Positions 38,172 to 48,541 of a DNA stretch of 64,000 nucleotides are shown here, piece after piece; position 1 is the first letter of the stretch; every line of letters begins with the position of its first letter. The notes beneath the pieces were generated by a model. The model worked only from the letters and a program-made list of their open reading frames with translations. It ran no database searches and had not been told where the DNA came from. Both the position numbers and the translations under genes were made by a program. Source of the stretch: a virus; IMG/VR virus record IMGVR_UViG_3300020430_000007; one strand, written 5' to 3'.

Positions 38172-39994
38172 TGGGAAGACTTCTTTCAGGCAGAGTTGGT
38201 GTTACCAGCTACTCAGGTTTATCTACGTTTAGAAAACAGACAGATGGTTTTCCATCATTTCTTGGTCTGGAAGAGACTGAACCTAATTTAGGGTTACCAG
38301 GTAATAATGACTATATGTTGATGGGTGACATCGACGGTACTCGTCGTTGGGAAGAAAAATATTTTACTGGAATTGGTACTATAAATGGTTTAGATGTTCA
38401 GGTTGAGGGTGTTACTCCAACTGGATTTGCTGGATCAATTACTAAGTTTAACTTTACAGGTAATCAAGTACACGTTGAACAAACAAAACAAACATTTAGT
38501 GGAAATGAGATAGGTGTTGCTACTATAACTCTGAATAGAACACCATTTGATTTTCAAGATAAGGCAGGATTCACGCCAATAACAGGTGTTACAACAATAA
38601 GAGTTGGTTTAGGATTATCATTTAGAGAATTACCAGTAGGTGACACAAACTCAGGTATTGTATCAATATTTGCAGAAACCTCTGGTAAAATTCAGACCCA
38701 AGATAGTTCTGGTAATGTAGCGTTTTCGGAAGTAGATACATTACGTATTGGTGCTGGTCTTACAATCTCCCAACCCTCTGCTGGAGTTGCATCAATAAGT
38801 CCGACAGGAGACTTCTCATACGTAAACGTAAGTATAGCAAGCACACTTGGTGCTGCTGAGGGCGTGTTTACAGGACCTTTGACTGGAAATGTCACTGGTA
38901 ACCTTACTGGTGATGTAACTGGTAATGTCACAGGTGATGTGACAGGAGATCTTACAGGTAACTCATCAGGAACTCACACTGGGGCAGTTGTGGGTGATGT
39001 GACTGGTAATCTATCAGGTAATGTAACTGGAGATACTTTGAACATGAGTGGTATTGCAACAGCGATATCATTCAAAGGATCGTTGCATTCATCTGGGATA
39101 TCAACTGCCATTATTCTAAAAAGTGATAATGTTGATGCCACTGGTATTATAACTGCTGCAGGTGGTTTTGTTGGTAATATTAATGGCGATGTTACTGGTA
39201 AAGTGACGGGCGATTTATACTCTGTAGGATTCTCAACTGCATCAATTTTTGACGCAGTTAGAATAGTCGTTAGCGATCAAATAGATTGCGATGGACTAAA
39301 ATCTACTGGTATTATAACCGCCACAAGTTTTGATGGTGCATTTGCTGGAGCAGCAAGCAGTATAACAGTCTCAACTGAAAATTCTGACACTACAAACTAT
39401 GTCGTTTTTGTCAACGATGTAAACGGTGACTATGTAGCAAAGGTTAATACGGCACTTAGATATGATGCTCAAAATAGCACATTACATGCCACAGAGTTTT
39501 CAGGGTCTGGTTTGTCACTAACTGATATTCCTGGCAGTGCCATAACAGGGGCATTGAATGCTACAACTATTACTCTTACTGCAACAAATACCACCAATGC
39601 ATCTCATTTTATTACCTTTACTGACTCTGCTACAGGTGATGAAGTAATAAGAACAGACACCTCCCTTACTTATAATCCAAGCTCAAATACACTAACTGCT
39701 GCCACGTTTGCAGGTGACGCAACAGGATTAACTGGCACTCCGTCTATATCAGTTGGTGCTATTACTGCTGCTGGTAATATAATTCCATCAGCTCACTCAA
39801 CATATAATCTTGGGTCAAACTCTGTAAGATGGAATAACATATATACCATGGACATGCATTTTTCTAATGAAGGAAGTAAAAATGATGTAGATGGAACTTG
39901 GGGAGATTGGACACTACAAGAGGGTGATGAGAATATATTCATGAAAAATAATCGGACAGGTAAGAGATACAAGATAAACCTAACAGAAGTATAA
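38171..39994 (+). CDS. tail fibre-like protein
   Basis: G(N/D)(V/L)T repeats; C-terminal NIYT.D..SNE..VDGTWG domain. Confidence 0.8.
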   Translation: MGRLLSGRVGVTSYSGLSTFRKQTDGFPSFLGLEETEPNLGLPGNNDYMLMGDIDGTRRWEEKYFTGIGTINGLDVQVEGVTPTGFAGSITKFNFTGNQVHVEQTKQTFSGNEIGVATITLNRTPFDFQDKAGFTPITGVTTIRVGLGLSFRELPVGDTNSGIVSIFAETSGKIQTQDSSGNVAFSEVDTLRIGAGLTISQPSAGVASISPTGDFSYVNVSIASTLGAAEGVFTGPLTGNVTGNLTGDVTGNVTGDVTGDLTGNSSGTHTGAVVGDVTGNLSGNVTGDTLNMSGIATAISFKGSLHSSGISTAIILKSDNVDATGIITAAGGFVGNINGDVTGKVTGDLYSVGFSTASIFDAVRIVVSDQIDCDGLKSTGIITATSFDGAFAGAASSITVSTENSDTTNYVVFVNDVNGDYVAKVNTALRYDAQNSTLHATEFSGSGLSLTDIPGSAITGALNATTITLTATNTTNASHFITFTDSATGDEVIRTDTSLTYNPSSNTLTAATFAGDATGLTGTPSISVGAITAAGNIIPSAHSTYNLGSNSVRWNNIYTMDMHFSNEGSKNDVDGTWGDWTLQEGDENIFMKNNRTGKRYKINLTEV

Positions 39995-39997
39995 ATA
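39990..39997 (+). promoter_or_regulatory. T4 late promoter overlapping stop codon
   Basis: TATAAATA. Confidence 0.8.
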
Positions 39998-40029
39998 CCA
40001 AAGATAGGAATTTCTAATAGTGTAGCGTT

Positions 40030-42999
40030 ATGTCAAGAGCTAGAGAGTTAGCCAAGGTTGGTGGACTACAACAAACAATATCTGGAGTTAGTACTCACGT
40101 TGGTATCTCTACCTTTGCTTCCGATGTCTTCATACTAGGTAAGTTAGATATTACAGGTGATCTCGGATTTGACGAGATGACTGCGGTAAACTCTAAAATA
40201 ACTGGAGTATCAACAGCACAGGATTTAGTTGTCAGTAGAAACTTAAGTGTTTCAGGACTGTCCACATTTAGTGGACTGTTGAAGGTGGACGGTGCAGCAA
40301 TAGAGGCAGCATCTGCCAAGATAAGTGATCTAACAAATAATAGAGTTGTCATAGCAGGGACATCTGGAGAATTAGAAGATGATGCAAATCTTACATTTGA
40401 CAGTGCTGTTCTAACCGTCACTGGGTCAACCAACACAACTGTAAGGTCAACTACATTAGATCTTGACGTAACAAGAAATGTGGATATAGCAGGTATAGCA
40501 ACAATAACAGGCAATATAGATGCCAATGGTGCGTTGGATGTTGACGGTCAGACAGATCTAGATGTGCTCAATGTTTCTGACGTTTCTGCATTTACTGGTG
40601 CCATCACAGCAAATGGTGGTGTTGTTGGTGATTTGACTGGTAACACCGCAGGATCACACACTGGGGCAGTTGATCTTAATGGTGGCGTTCTTACGCTGGA
40701 CGCTGACGCTGACACTACCATAACTGCTGACACAGACGATCAAATAGACATTGCTTTTGGTGGTAATGATAGAATCACGCTGGCAACTGGTTTGATTGAT
40801 CTAAAAAATGACGGATCTCAGTCAGCACTAAGGTTATATTGTGAGAGTTCTAACGCACATTATGCTGCACTTCAAGCACCTGCACACTCTGCTTTTTCAG
40901 GTAACGTAACAGTAACATTACCAGCGACTACAGATACATTGGTTGGTAGAGATACAACTGACACTCTTACAAATAAAACTCTAACATCTCCCACAATCAC
41001 AGGAACAGGGGCGATTGCAGGAACATTTACTGGTAACCTGACAGGTAATGCGTCGGGGTCATCAGGTTCTTGTACTGGTAACTCTGCCACTGCAACTGAG
41101 GCAACTAACATTACTGTCACTGCTAATAATAGCACAGATGAGACAGTGTATCCATTGTTTGTAGATGGTGCAACTGGAACTCAAGGTGCAGAGACAGACA
41201 CAGGTCTATCATACAATCCTTCAAGTGGTGTCTTATCAGCAACCACGTTCAGTGGAGCATTGAGTGGTGCACTTACAGGTAATGTCACAGGTAATATAAG
41301 TGGTAATCAATCAGGTGGTACAGTTTCTGCAACATCTGCTGCTATCGCTGACTTAACTGCACAAAGAGTTGTCATCGCTGGCACATCTGGAGAACTAGAG
41401 GATTCTTCAAATCTAACATTCAATGGATCTTTATTGAATGTAATTGGTGCCATAACTGCTAGTGGAGCAATCACAGGTGATCTTACTGGTGATGTGACAG
41501 GTAACGTAACGGGTAATGTTACAGGTGCAGCGTCTAAGATCACAGTCGCTGACGAATCCACTGACACCACTTGTTTCCCAGTATTTGTAACCGCAGCTAC
41601 TGGTAATAGAAGTCCAGCAACAGGTAGTAACCTCACATTTAACTCTAATGATGGTACGTTATCTACCACTAACCTGACTCTAACAGGTAACTTAACTGTA
41701 CAAGGTTCTACCACAACGGTTGAATCTAGCACCATGACCGTTACTGATAAGAACATAACGATTGCTAGATCTGCTGCTAACGATGCTGCTGCTGACGGTG
41801 CTGGAATTACAGTTGACTCTGCAGAGGGTGCAAAGACATGGAATTGGGTAGATGCCTCTGATTCATGGACATCATCTGAACACATAGACCTAGCAAATGG
41901 TAAGGTTCTAAAGCATAATACCGCAACTATTCTATCAGAGACTACACTTGGATCAAGTGTTGTAAACAGTTCACTAACCTCTGTTGGAACCATAGCAACT
42001 GGTACATGGCAAGGTACAGCAATCAATGACAGCTACATTGGTACAATCAACAATGCTGACAAGGTAGCACTAAGTGCTCTTGACATTGACGGTGGCACAG
42101 ACATAAACGCTGCTATCACGGACGCAGATCTGTTTATTTGTGATGATGGTGGTGCTGGAACTAATAGAAAGGTAGCTGCGTCCAGATTAAAGACTTACTT
42201 GGGAATTGGTGCTGGTGCGTCAGATATTGATAACCTTGATATTGACGGTGGTACTGACATTGGTGCTAACCTCGCTGACGCTGATCTATTCATTGTTGAT
42301 GATGGTGCTGGTGGCACAAATAGAAAACTCGCAGCATCTAGAATCAAAACTTATGTTGCTGACATAACACTAACAACTGCAGCACAAACCGCAATCACGA
42401 GTGTTGGTACATTGGCATCACTTGACATCAGTGGTGCATTAGATGTGGATGGTGCTACCACCTTAGACGGATTGACTGTCTCTGAGGCATCTACTTTCAC
42501 TGGTGAGATAACTGCGAATGGTGGACTCGCTGGTAACGTGACTGGTAATGTATCTGGTTCATCTGGATCATGTACTGGTACTGCAGCGATAGCAACAAGT
42601 GTTACTGCGACTGCCAACAACTCAACCGATGAGACAGTATATCTTACTTTTGTTGATGGGGCGACTGGAACACAAGGAGTTGAGACAGACACAGGTCTAT
42701 CATATAATCCAAGTTCAGGAACCATAACAACCACAGCGATTGGTGCTCACAGTGTTACAGGAACATTGACAACTCAGGCAATTATCCCTGATGGTGATGG
42801 TACAAGAGACCTTGGTGCATCTGGCACTAGATTTGCTAATATCTACAGTTCTGACGTAGATTTGAGCAATGAAGCTAGAGGTGGTAACACAGTTGATGGC
42901 ACATGGGGTTCTTATCTTATAGAAGAGGGTGAGAACGATTTGTTCTTGAAAAATAGAAGAACTGGTAAGCAATACAAGTTCTGTCTTCAAGAAGTATAA
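40030..42999 (+). CDS. long tail fibre-like protein with internal module duplications
   Basis: 989 aa, MSRARELA start, GNVT repeats, same C-terminal domain as 38171..39994. Confidence 0.85.
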   Translation: MSRARELAKVGGLQQTISGVSTHVGISTFASDVFILGKLDITGDLGFDEMTAVNSKITGVSTAQDLVVSRNLSVSGLSTFSGLLKVDGAAIEAASAKISDLTNNRVVIAGTSGELEDDANLTFDSAVLTVTGSTNTTVRSTTLDLDVTRNVDIAGIATITGNIDANGALDVDGQTDLDVLNVSDVSAFTGAITANGGVVGDLTGNTAGSHTGAVDLNGGVLTLDADADTTITADTDDQIDIAFGGNDRITLATGLIDLKNDGSQSALRLYCESSNAHYAALQAPAHSAFSGNVTVTLPATTDTLVGRDTTDTLTNKTLTSPTITGTGAIAGTFTGNLTGNASGSSGSCTGNSATATEATNITVTANNSTDETVYPLFVDGATGTQGAETDTGLSYNPSSGVLSATTFSGALSGALTGNVTGNISGNQSGGTVSATSAAIADLTAQRVVIAGTSGELEDSSNLTFNGSLLNVIGAITASGAITGDLTGDVTGNVTGNVTGAASKITVADESTDTTCFPVFVTAATGNRSPATGSNLTFNSNDGTLSTTNLTLTGNLTVQGSTTTVESSTMTVTDKNITIARSAANDAAADGAGITVDSAEGAKTWNWVDASDSWTSSEHIDLANGKVLKHNTATILSETTLGSSVVNSSLTSVGTIATGTWQGTAINDSYIGTINNADKVALSALDIDGGTDINAAITDADLFICDDGGAGTNRKVAASRLKTYLGIGAGASDIDNLDIDGGTDIGANLADADLFIVDDGAGGTNRKLAASRIKTYVADITLTTAAQTAITSVGTLASLDISGALDVDGATTLDGLTVSEASTFTGEITANGGLAGNVTGNVSGSSGSCTGTAAIATSVTATANNSTDETVYLTFVDGATGTQGVETDTGLSYNPSSGTITTTAIGAHSVTGTLTTQAIIPDGDGTRDLGASGTRFANIYSSDVDLSNEARGGNTVDGTWGSYLIEEGENDLFLKNRRTGKQYKFCLQEV

Positions 43000-43002
43000 A
43001 TA
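42995..43002 (+). promoter_or_regulatory. T4 late promoter overlapping stop codon
   Basis: TATAAATA. Confidence 0.8.
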
Positions 43003-43025
43003 ACAAAGTAGGAGACTAAGACGAA

Positions 43026-43736
43026 ATGGCTTTATACGGTACTGGTTCTAACGTAAACCAAACCACTGATGTAAGTGCAGGTAATTATGGTTCTGGTAAT
43101 GCTATACCAGTAATCACAGTTGACTCTGATAAGAGAATTAGTGCTATCAATACATCGTCAGTTACTTATGCAACGTTGAACGCTAATGCAAACGTTGGTA
43201 CAGTCGGTAGTTATGCCTTTATGCAACAGGCATCTGGTAATACACAGTATGCACCAGGTGACACTTTGGCAGGGTCGGATCTGAGATACTCTGATGCAAC
43301 TGGTCGTGTTCACACAGATACTCCAGCAGGTAATTGGAGATGTATGGGTTATGACTCAGGGGCAGCATTGACAAACTCAGGAACTGTTGGTGGATCTGCC
43401 ACTGGAACTGGTACCCTACAAGGTGGTAATGTAGAACAGGATTCAATCACACTGTCTGGTGCCACCGCTTCTTCATCAGCAGTGACCAGCGTTTCTACAA
43501 ATACTAACGTCAACACCTCTGGTAACATACAGGGTGGTAAGGGTAACCTAAGTCTTAGCTCAAATGCATCTTCTAGCTCAAATGCATCTACGAGTGTTAC
43601 AACAAACGTTGGTGGTAATGTTGACACAAGCAACATAAATGTTGCAGGTAACACATCTGTAAACGTTAACCTAGCATCTATAACGGTGAATACAACAGTT
43701 GCATACTCAGCAACACTCTGGTTACGCTACGCATAG
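43026..43736 (+). CDS. fibre tip/adhesin-like protein
   Basis: AGNYGS..IPVITVD..RIS, VGSYAF, GNWRCMG...LWLRYA. Confidence 0.6.
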   Translation: MALYGTGSNVNQTTDVSAGNYGSGNAIPVITVDSDKRISAINTSSVTYATLNANANVGTVGSYAFMQQASGNTQYAPGDTLAGSDLRYSDATGRVHTDTPAGNWRCMGYDSGAALTNSGTVGGSATGTGTLQGGNVEQDSITLSGATASSSAVTSVSTNTNVNTSGNIQGGKGNLSLSSNASSSSNASTSVTTNVGGNVDTSNINVAGNTSVNVNLASITVNTTVAYSATLWLRYA

Positions 43737-43745
43737 GAATTAAAC

Positions 43746-44165
43746 ATGTCAAATCAAACAAGTTACGAGGTCGTAAGAGCAAGAAATCCAAAGTGGGCAA
43801 ATCTTGAACATAATATGATCAACCTAGAGGTTGATTTTGCACCACTAGATGAGGAGTGGTTGCCATATACATGTGCTCCTAATGACACAGAGACAGAGCA
43901 CTCACGTTATCTTTACAGCAAGGCAGTCAACGGAGATTATGGTGAGATAGCAGATTATGAGCATTGGTCTTTATGGACACCATGGTTCCAAGATAAGGTA
44001 GAGGTGGCAACTGAAGGTTTAGTGCAATTACTATTAGAAAAAGGTATATTGACAGATGATGAGGTTGATACTATATTGATAGAGAAGTCTGAATTTCAAG
44101 GATTTTCTAGACCCGCCACTGATCCAGAAACTCACAATGGAGGAGCTAACTGGGGAGCAACATAG
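43746..44165 (+). CDS. tail fibre assembly chaperone-like protein
   Basis: NPKWAN..MINLEV..WLPYTC.PND..GDYGEIADY. Confidence 0.65.
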   Translation: MSNQTSYEVVRARNPKWANLEHNMINLEVDFAPLDEEWLPYTCAPNDTETEHSRYLYSKAVNGDYGEIADYEHWSLWTPWFQDKVEVATEGLVQLLLEKGILTDDEVDTILIEKSEFQGFSRPATDPETHNGGANWGAT

Positions 44166-44183
44166 ATTATAATATTTTTTATT

Positions 44184-45173
44184 ATGTACGCTGACAAATC
44201 TGATAAATGGCATCACACAATGGCGAGGTATCTCGGTTTATCTGAGCATACCTCTTTTTTATTTGGTATACTACCAGGTGTATGTCGTGAGGCAATAGGT
44301 CGATACGACTACATGTACACCAAGTTTGAGTGCTTCAATAGCAATAAAACTTATGCTTGGTCATATCATCATGCTAATAAAATAAACAATGGAAGATTTA
44401 GTAATCAAATTGCTTATTACGGCACTGCTCCATTTTTGTGGGAACTCGGTAGAGTCGCAACACAAGGAGATATGCCAGAACCTAAGGGAAGTTTGTTCTT
44501 CTTACCAAGAGACGATCAAGTCACAATAAGAGATAGTGAATACGAAAGCGTACAAAAATTAATTGAATCTGCACCTAGACCAATTACTTTCCTACTGCCT
44601 TGGCGTAAATGTGACATATGGAAAAACTGGGATAAATTGATATTGGGTGGTGATTGTAAAATCATTCAAATGAAAGACCCTGTAACCAGACAAAATACAT
44701 TGTCAAAAACATTTTTAGAGCATGAGCATGTGTATGTGCCTTGGCCTGGCACAGACATTTACTATGCAGAGTTTTTAGATAAAAAAGTGCATGTTTATGA
44801 TAAGTTAGAACAATATCGCACAAAAACTATGGAGGAGATGGAAAGAGAGAACAACATTGTAATACATTATTTAAAATGGGGATATAATTGGTTGACCGAA
44901 GATCAGAGAGTATTTTTTGAGTGGACAAGAAAATGGAATGATATAGATAAAGACATAAGAAAATATCTAACAGAAAAAATGTTAGGACTTGATGTCCTCA
45001 AATCACCATCAGAGTTACACGAAGATCTTATGAATAATAATTTTTTAGAATTTGGTCAACAATTTGTTTATAACTCTGAATATCAAAAATCATATGAGTG
45101 GTTAAAATTTAGGATTCAGGAAAGAAGTCCTCGTCACTCATACCACGATCATCCACATATACAACTGCTCTAG
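44184..45173 (+). CDS. hypothetical protein (possibly glycan-related)
   Basis: 329 aa ORF; no motif I can name; overlaps the convergent HAD gene by 65 nt. Confidence 0.55.
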   Translation: MYADKSDKWHHTMARYLGLSEHTSFLFGILPGVCREAIGRYDYMYTKFECFNSNKTYAWSYHHANKINNGRFSNQIAYYGTAPFLWELGRVATQGDMPEPKGSLFFLPRDDQVTIRDSEYESVQKLIESAPRPITFLLPWRKCDIWKNWDKLILGGDCKIIQMKDPVTRQNTLSKTFLEHEHVYVPWPGTDIYYAEFLDKKVHVYDKLEQYRTKTMEEMERENNIVIHYLKWGYNWLTEDQRVFFEWTRKWNDIDKDIRKYLTEKMLGLDVLKSPSELHEDLMNNNFLEFGQQFVYNSEYQKSYEWLKFRIQERSPRHSYHDHPHIQLL

Positions 45174-45513
45174 GTTTACCAAAATATAATTTGTGATATT
45201 TTACTCCCCACTCCTTGAGTTGTGCTTCAGTCCTTTGTCTACAATAATCATCTGCTTCTTTTTGTGCTGCCAATATATCGTCTTCATGTATACAAATGCT
45301 TCGTATAAATCCACGTGCTGTCATAAGATATATTGTAGCACCCTCATCATATAATTCATTTACATATGCTATGCGTTTTGGTCTTGGTACTGCCTCCCAT
45401 GGTGTACCCTGATGAGGTTCAGTAAGTGTGCCATCAATGTCAATACAATAGATATTCGTGACATGATCTGTGATATCATTGAATTTTTCAACCAAAGGAG
45501 TAATCTTTTTCAT
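45109..45513 (-). CDS. HAD-superfamily phosphatase (capsule-biosynthesis type)
   Basis: DIDGTL, TARG, FGKP, YVDDR. Confidence 0.85.
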   Translation of the reverse strand: MKKITPLVEKFNDITDHVTNIYCIDIDGTLTEPHQGTPWEAVPRPKRIAYVNELYDEGATIYLMTARGFIRSICIHEDDILAAQKEADDYCRQRTEAQLKEWGVKYHKLYFGKPRAVVYVDDRGMSDEDFFPES

Positions 45514-45965
45514 TTTATGTGAGGTAATTGAGGAAGGTCAACGCCTATGGATTCCATAAGCATGTATATTTGCCATAGGACATTACATTCAAATTCATGA
45601 TATGTCTTAGCAGGTATTATTATAGTGTAAAGTTCTTGGTGTTGTTCTGGAGCAAACAATATAGTGTCTGATTTATCTCTTACACTCAACAATGCATCAG
45701 ATACACCAGCATTAATTCTACATGATATACCTATGACAAGATCAGCGTGTTGTGCATATTGCATCCAAGGCACTTTCCAATCGTTTTTATCTGCTAAGGC
45801 ACTCGTGTTGATGGAATCAGGTGCATAACAAAATTTACCAGTATGTCTGAATATATCAGATGCCATGTGTTGTGCCACTGCCATATTACCACCATTGCCA
45901 AATAGAGCAACAGTTTTTGCTTTCCTTAATTTCTCAGGTGCATCTCGTAAATCTACAGTGAGCAT
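45510..45965 (-). CDS. SIS-domain sugar-phosphate isomerase (GmhA-like)
   Basis: GNGGNMAVAQHMASD, SALAD, IGIS, YHEFE. Confidence 0.7.
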   Translation of the reverse strand: MLTVDLRDAPEKLRKAKTVALFGNGGNMAVAQHMASDIFRHTGKFCYAPDSINTSALADKNDWKVPWMQYAQHADLVIGISCRINAGVSDALLSVRDKSDTILFAPEQHQELYTIIIPAKTYHEFECNVLWQIYMLMESIGVDLPQLPHIK

Positions 45966-46867
45966 AGTACTTGATCTATTAGTTGAGGTAATTTGAGTTG
46001 ACGTTTCAATGGCATGTGATTATCTAATGTAGTATTGTGATCACGTATACATTTATCCATCGGTAACCAGTCATCTAATTCAAAAAAATCTTGATAGTTA
46101 TCTCTATCAAGATTAAATGGTGTGAAAGGTATACCATAATATTCTAGCATACGAGTGATCAAACCATAAGTTTTCCTATGGTTTTTCAACTTACGCACAC
46201 ATTCTGATACAAAATAATCCTGACCACGTTTCCAATGAGCATCACCCACACAACCACGTAAGAATCCTTCAACCAATGATTCAAGATCTTCTTTATATGG
46301 TACTATATTATACCTTAATTTGAACTGGTTGACAATGTATTTTAGGTCAGCAGGAGGATGAGGAGGGTCTAGATCTTCCATATTTTTAGTTATAGTATCT
46401 TCAGCACCAAGAGATCCATTATATCCAAACATAACGTGTGGATTATTCATTGAGTCATGTTCAAGCAGGTGTTCTGCACAGTCATAGAATGTTGTAGGTA
46501 TATCATCTATGTTACCATCTAGTTTTCCCCAGTCTTTCATACTATATCTACCACGAGATGATATGAATGGTGATTCATAAAACCATTGATGTTGTGGTAT
46601 CTCGTTAGGAAACCACTCAGGAAAACAAATGTCTATAGTTTTATTATATGTACTAAAATCTTGTACTGCATACCATGTCTTTAGTTTTCCATTTTGTTGC
46701 CAGTACCATTGTTTTATATAATATCCATTCTCTGCAGGTCTCCATGTTGAAGTGAATATAGGTGTAGAGTGATGGTTGCAACAATATGTTTTCTTATTAT
46801 GAAAGAAGTTTATTACTACTTGCCATCCACCAGTCTTAACATAATTCCAATAACTATATTTTTTCAT
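45953..46867 (-). CDS. paralogous family protein, copy 5
   Basis: NP..MFGY, NIVPYKEDL, GIPF..FNLDRDNY. Confidence 0.7.
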   Translation of the reverse strand: MKKYSYWNYVKTGGWQVVINFFHNKKTYCCNHHSTPIFTSTWRPAENGYYIKQWYWQQNGKLKTWYAVQDFSTYNKTIDICFPEWFPNEIPQHQWFYESPFISSRGRYSMKDWGKLDGNIDDIPTTFYDCAEHLLEHDSMNNPHVMFGYNGSLGAEDTITKNMEDLDPPHPPADLKYIVNQFKLRYNIVPYKEDLESLVEGFLRGCVGDAHWKRGQDYFVSECVRKLKNHRKTYGLITRMLEYYGIPFTPFNLDRDNYQDFFELDDWLPMDKCIRDHNTTLDNHMPLKRQLKLPQLIDQVLCSL

Positions 46868-47681
46868 AATCTCTTATATAATCATCAACTAATTTCTTTA
46901 CATTTTGTTTCCATGGATTATATGTAAACAATTTATCGTGACTATCTCTTGGTAATACTTTATCTAAGTCAAATGTCTTAGCATAGTCACCACTGTCTAA
47001 TGAAAACATTTCGTATGGAATGTCAAGTCTAGATAAAAATTTTGGTATATATTTTTGAAATTTTCTTATAGTATTAATTAAGATAGTGGTTTCCTCTACT
47101 GATTCGGGTCGCCCAGTACCTGCAAACACATTATATGCTAAGTGTTTTATATCTTCTTTGTACACTACTATATTCTTACGTTTTCTTAGTTCTTCTATTA
47201 TGTGTGATGGTGGGTTGAGATTTGGTCTGTCCTGCTCCATATTTCTCATTTGTTTCTCTGATCCTAGTAATCCAGTGTATCCTAGTAAACCAAATGGATT
47301 TGTTATAAGATCTCTACTCATTATATTATCCACACACTCATAAAAATTTTGATGTGTTGTCCACTCCTTCCTAGGTACAGTTTCGTAACCACGATAATCT
47401 GGAATAGGATACCACATCTCATCATAATGTGCTGATGATAATTTATCTCTTGTGTCAAGATAGTAGTGGTGTGTATTTAATTGCTTTGTCTCTTTGTCAC
47501 ACCAATACCATTCTAGTTCATCTATTGGTATATCAGTCTCAACAAGATCTATTGGTCTACTAAGAACACACCACAGTGGCTTTGATTGTGATAAAAATGC
47601 ACAACTTTTTCTATTATACCAAAATTGACTACGGATGAGACACTTACCAGATTTTATAGATGAAAAATAAGTGTATTTCAT
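46854..47681 (-). CDS. paralogous family protein, copy 4
   Basis: SSIKSGK, NPFGLLGY, KNIVVYKEDI, IPYEMFSLDSGDY. Confidence 0.7.
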   Translation of the reverse strand: MKYTYFSSIKSGKCLIRSQFWYNRKSCAFLSQSKPLWCVLSRPIDLVETDIPIDELEWYWCDKETKQLNTHHYYLDTRDKLSSAHYDEMWYPIPDYRGYETVPRKEWTTHQNFYECVDNIMSRDLITNPFGLLGYTGLLGSEKQMRNMEQDRPNLNPPSHIIEELRKRKNIVVYKEDIKHLAYNVFAGTGRPESVEETTILINTIRKFQKYIPKFLSRLDIPYEMFSLDSGDYAKTFDLDKVLPRDSHDKLFTYNPWKQNVKKLVDDYIRDYEKI

Positions 47682-48541
47682 GGATTGTTCCTCACATAAT
47701 CATCAATCCATCCCTCTACGACATCAATAGGTTCAATATAATCATGTAACTTATGGTGGGGATCATCTTCTCTATCAAAAACTTTATCTAAATTAAAACA
47801 TAGTTTATAACTATCTTTGTCTAGATTAAACCACTCATATTTTATATTATAATAATCTAATAAATTTGCGATATCTTGCTCAAGTTGACGATATAAATTG
47901 ATACGTTTGGTTACTTGTCTAATATATTTTTCTGTAGTATTTGTGAAGTGTACATCAGGATGTTTATATTGTAAATGACCTATTCCAATAAAAAAATTTT
48001 TTGCTAAATGTCTTAGATCTTCTTTGTGAGTTACTATATTCTTACGTTTATTAAGTTCATCAATTACATAATCTAATGGTATATTGATTAGATTGGGTTC
48101 ACGATTTACTACTGATTCTGCTAATTGTCTGCCGATACCAGAATAACCTAACATGACAAGAGGATTTACAACATAGTCACATTCCATTGCGATAGGAAAG
48201 ACTTTATGATAATCGCCTTTACCTGTATTGGACGTTTCTATTTCTGGTCTCTTGAGATACTTTATAATATTATAATTTCCATTGGTGGGTATGTAAAAAA
48301 AATGTTCACTATAATGATAATTCAATAAAAAATCTTCATTTACTTTATATGATTTAGTGACTAATCTCCCATCAAGATCTTCCCAATACCAATAAAATTG
48401 TCCATTAGGTTTAACTGAGGTAGAGAATAATGTTTTTCTTTCTCCTAGATTAAAATTAAATGTGGTCTTATTATTGAGTAAGAACATGTCTCTCAACAAA
48501 TACTTACCCGATTTGCCAGGACTAAAATAATTATATTTCAT
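47678..48541 (-). CDS. paralogous family protein, copy 3
   Basis: SPGKSGK, NPLVMLGY, KNIVTHKEDL, IKYEWFNLDKDSY. Confidence 0.7.
   Translation of the reverse strand: MKYNYFSPGKSGKYLLRDMFLLNNKTTFNFNLGERKTLFSTSVKPNGQFYWYWEDLDGRLVTKSYKVNEDFLLNYHYSEHFFYIPTNGNYNIIKYLKRPEIETSNTGKGDYHKVFPIAMECDYVVNPLVMLGYSGIGRQLAESVVNREPNLINIPLDYVIDELNKRKNIVTHKEDLRHLAKNFFIGIGHLQYKHPDVHFTNTTEKYIRQVTKRINLYRQLEQDIANLLDYYNIKYEWFNLDKDSYKLCFNLDKVFDREDDPHHKLHDYIEPIDVVEGWIDDYVRNNP

Noticed and set aside
40030-42999. Duplicated fibre segments as a DGR template/variable pair
   Set aside because: Differences are mostly synonymous and not adenine-specific, both copies are in-frame coding, and no reverse transcriptase is present.
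20402-43654. Long antisense ORFs (e.g. 21854..22591, 26681..27199, 41307..42026)
   Set aside because: Shadows of Gly/Thr/Ala-rich sense genes; no RBS or motif support.
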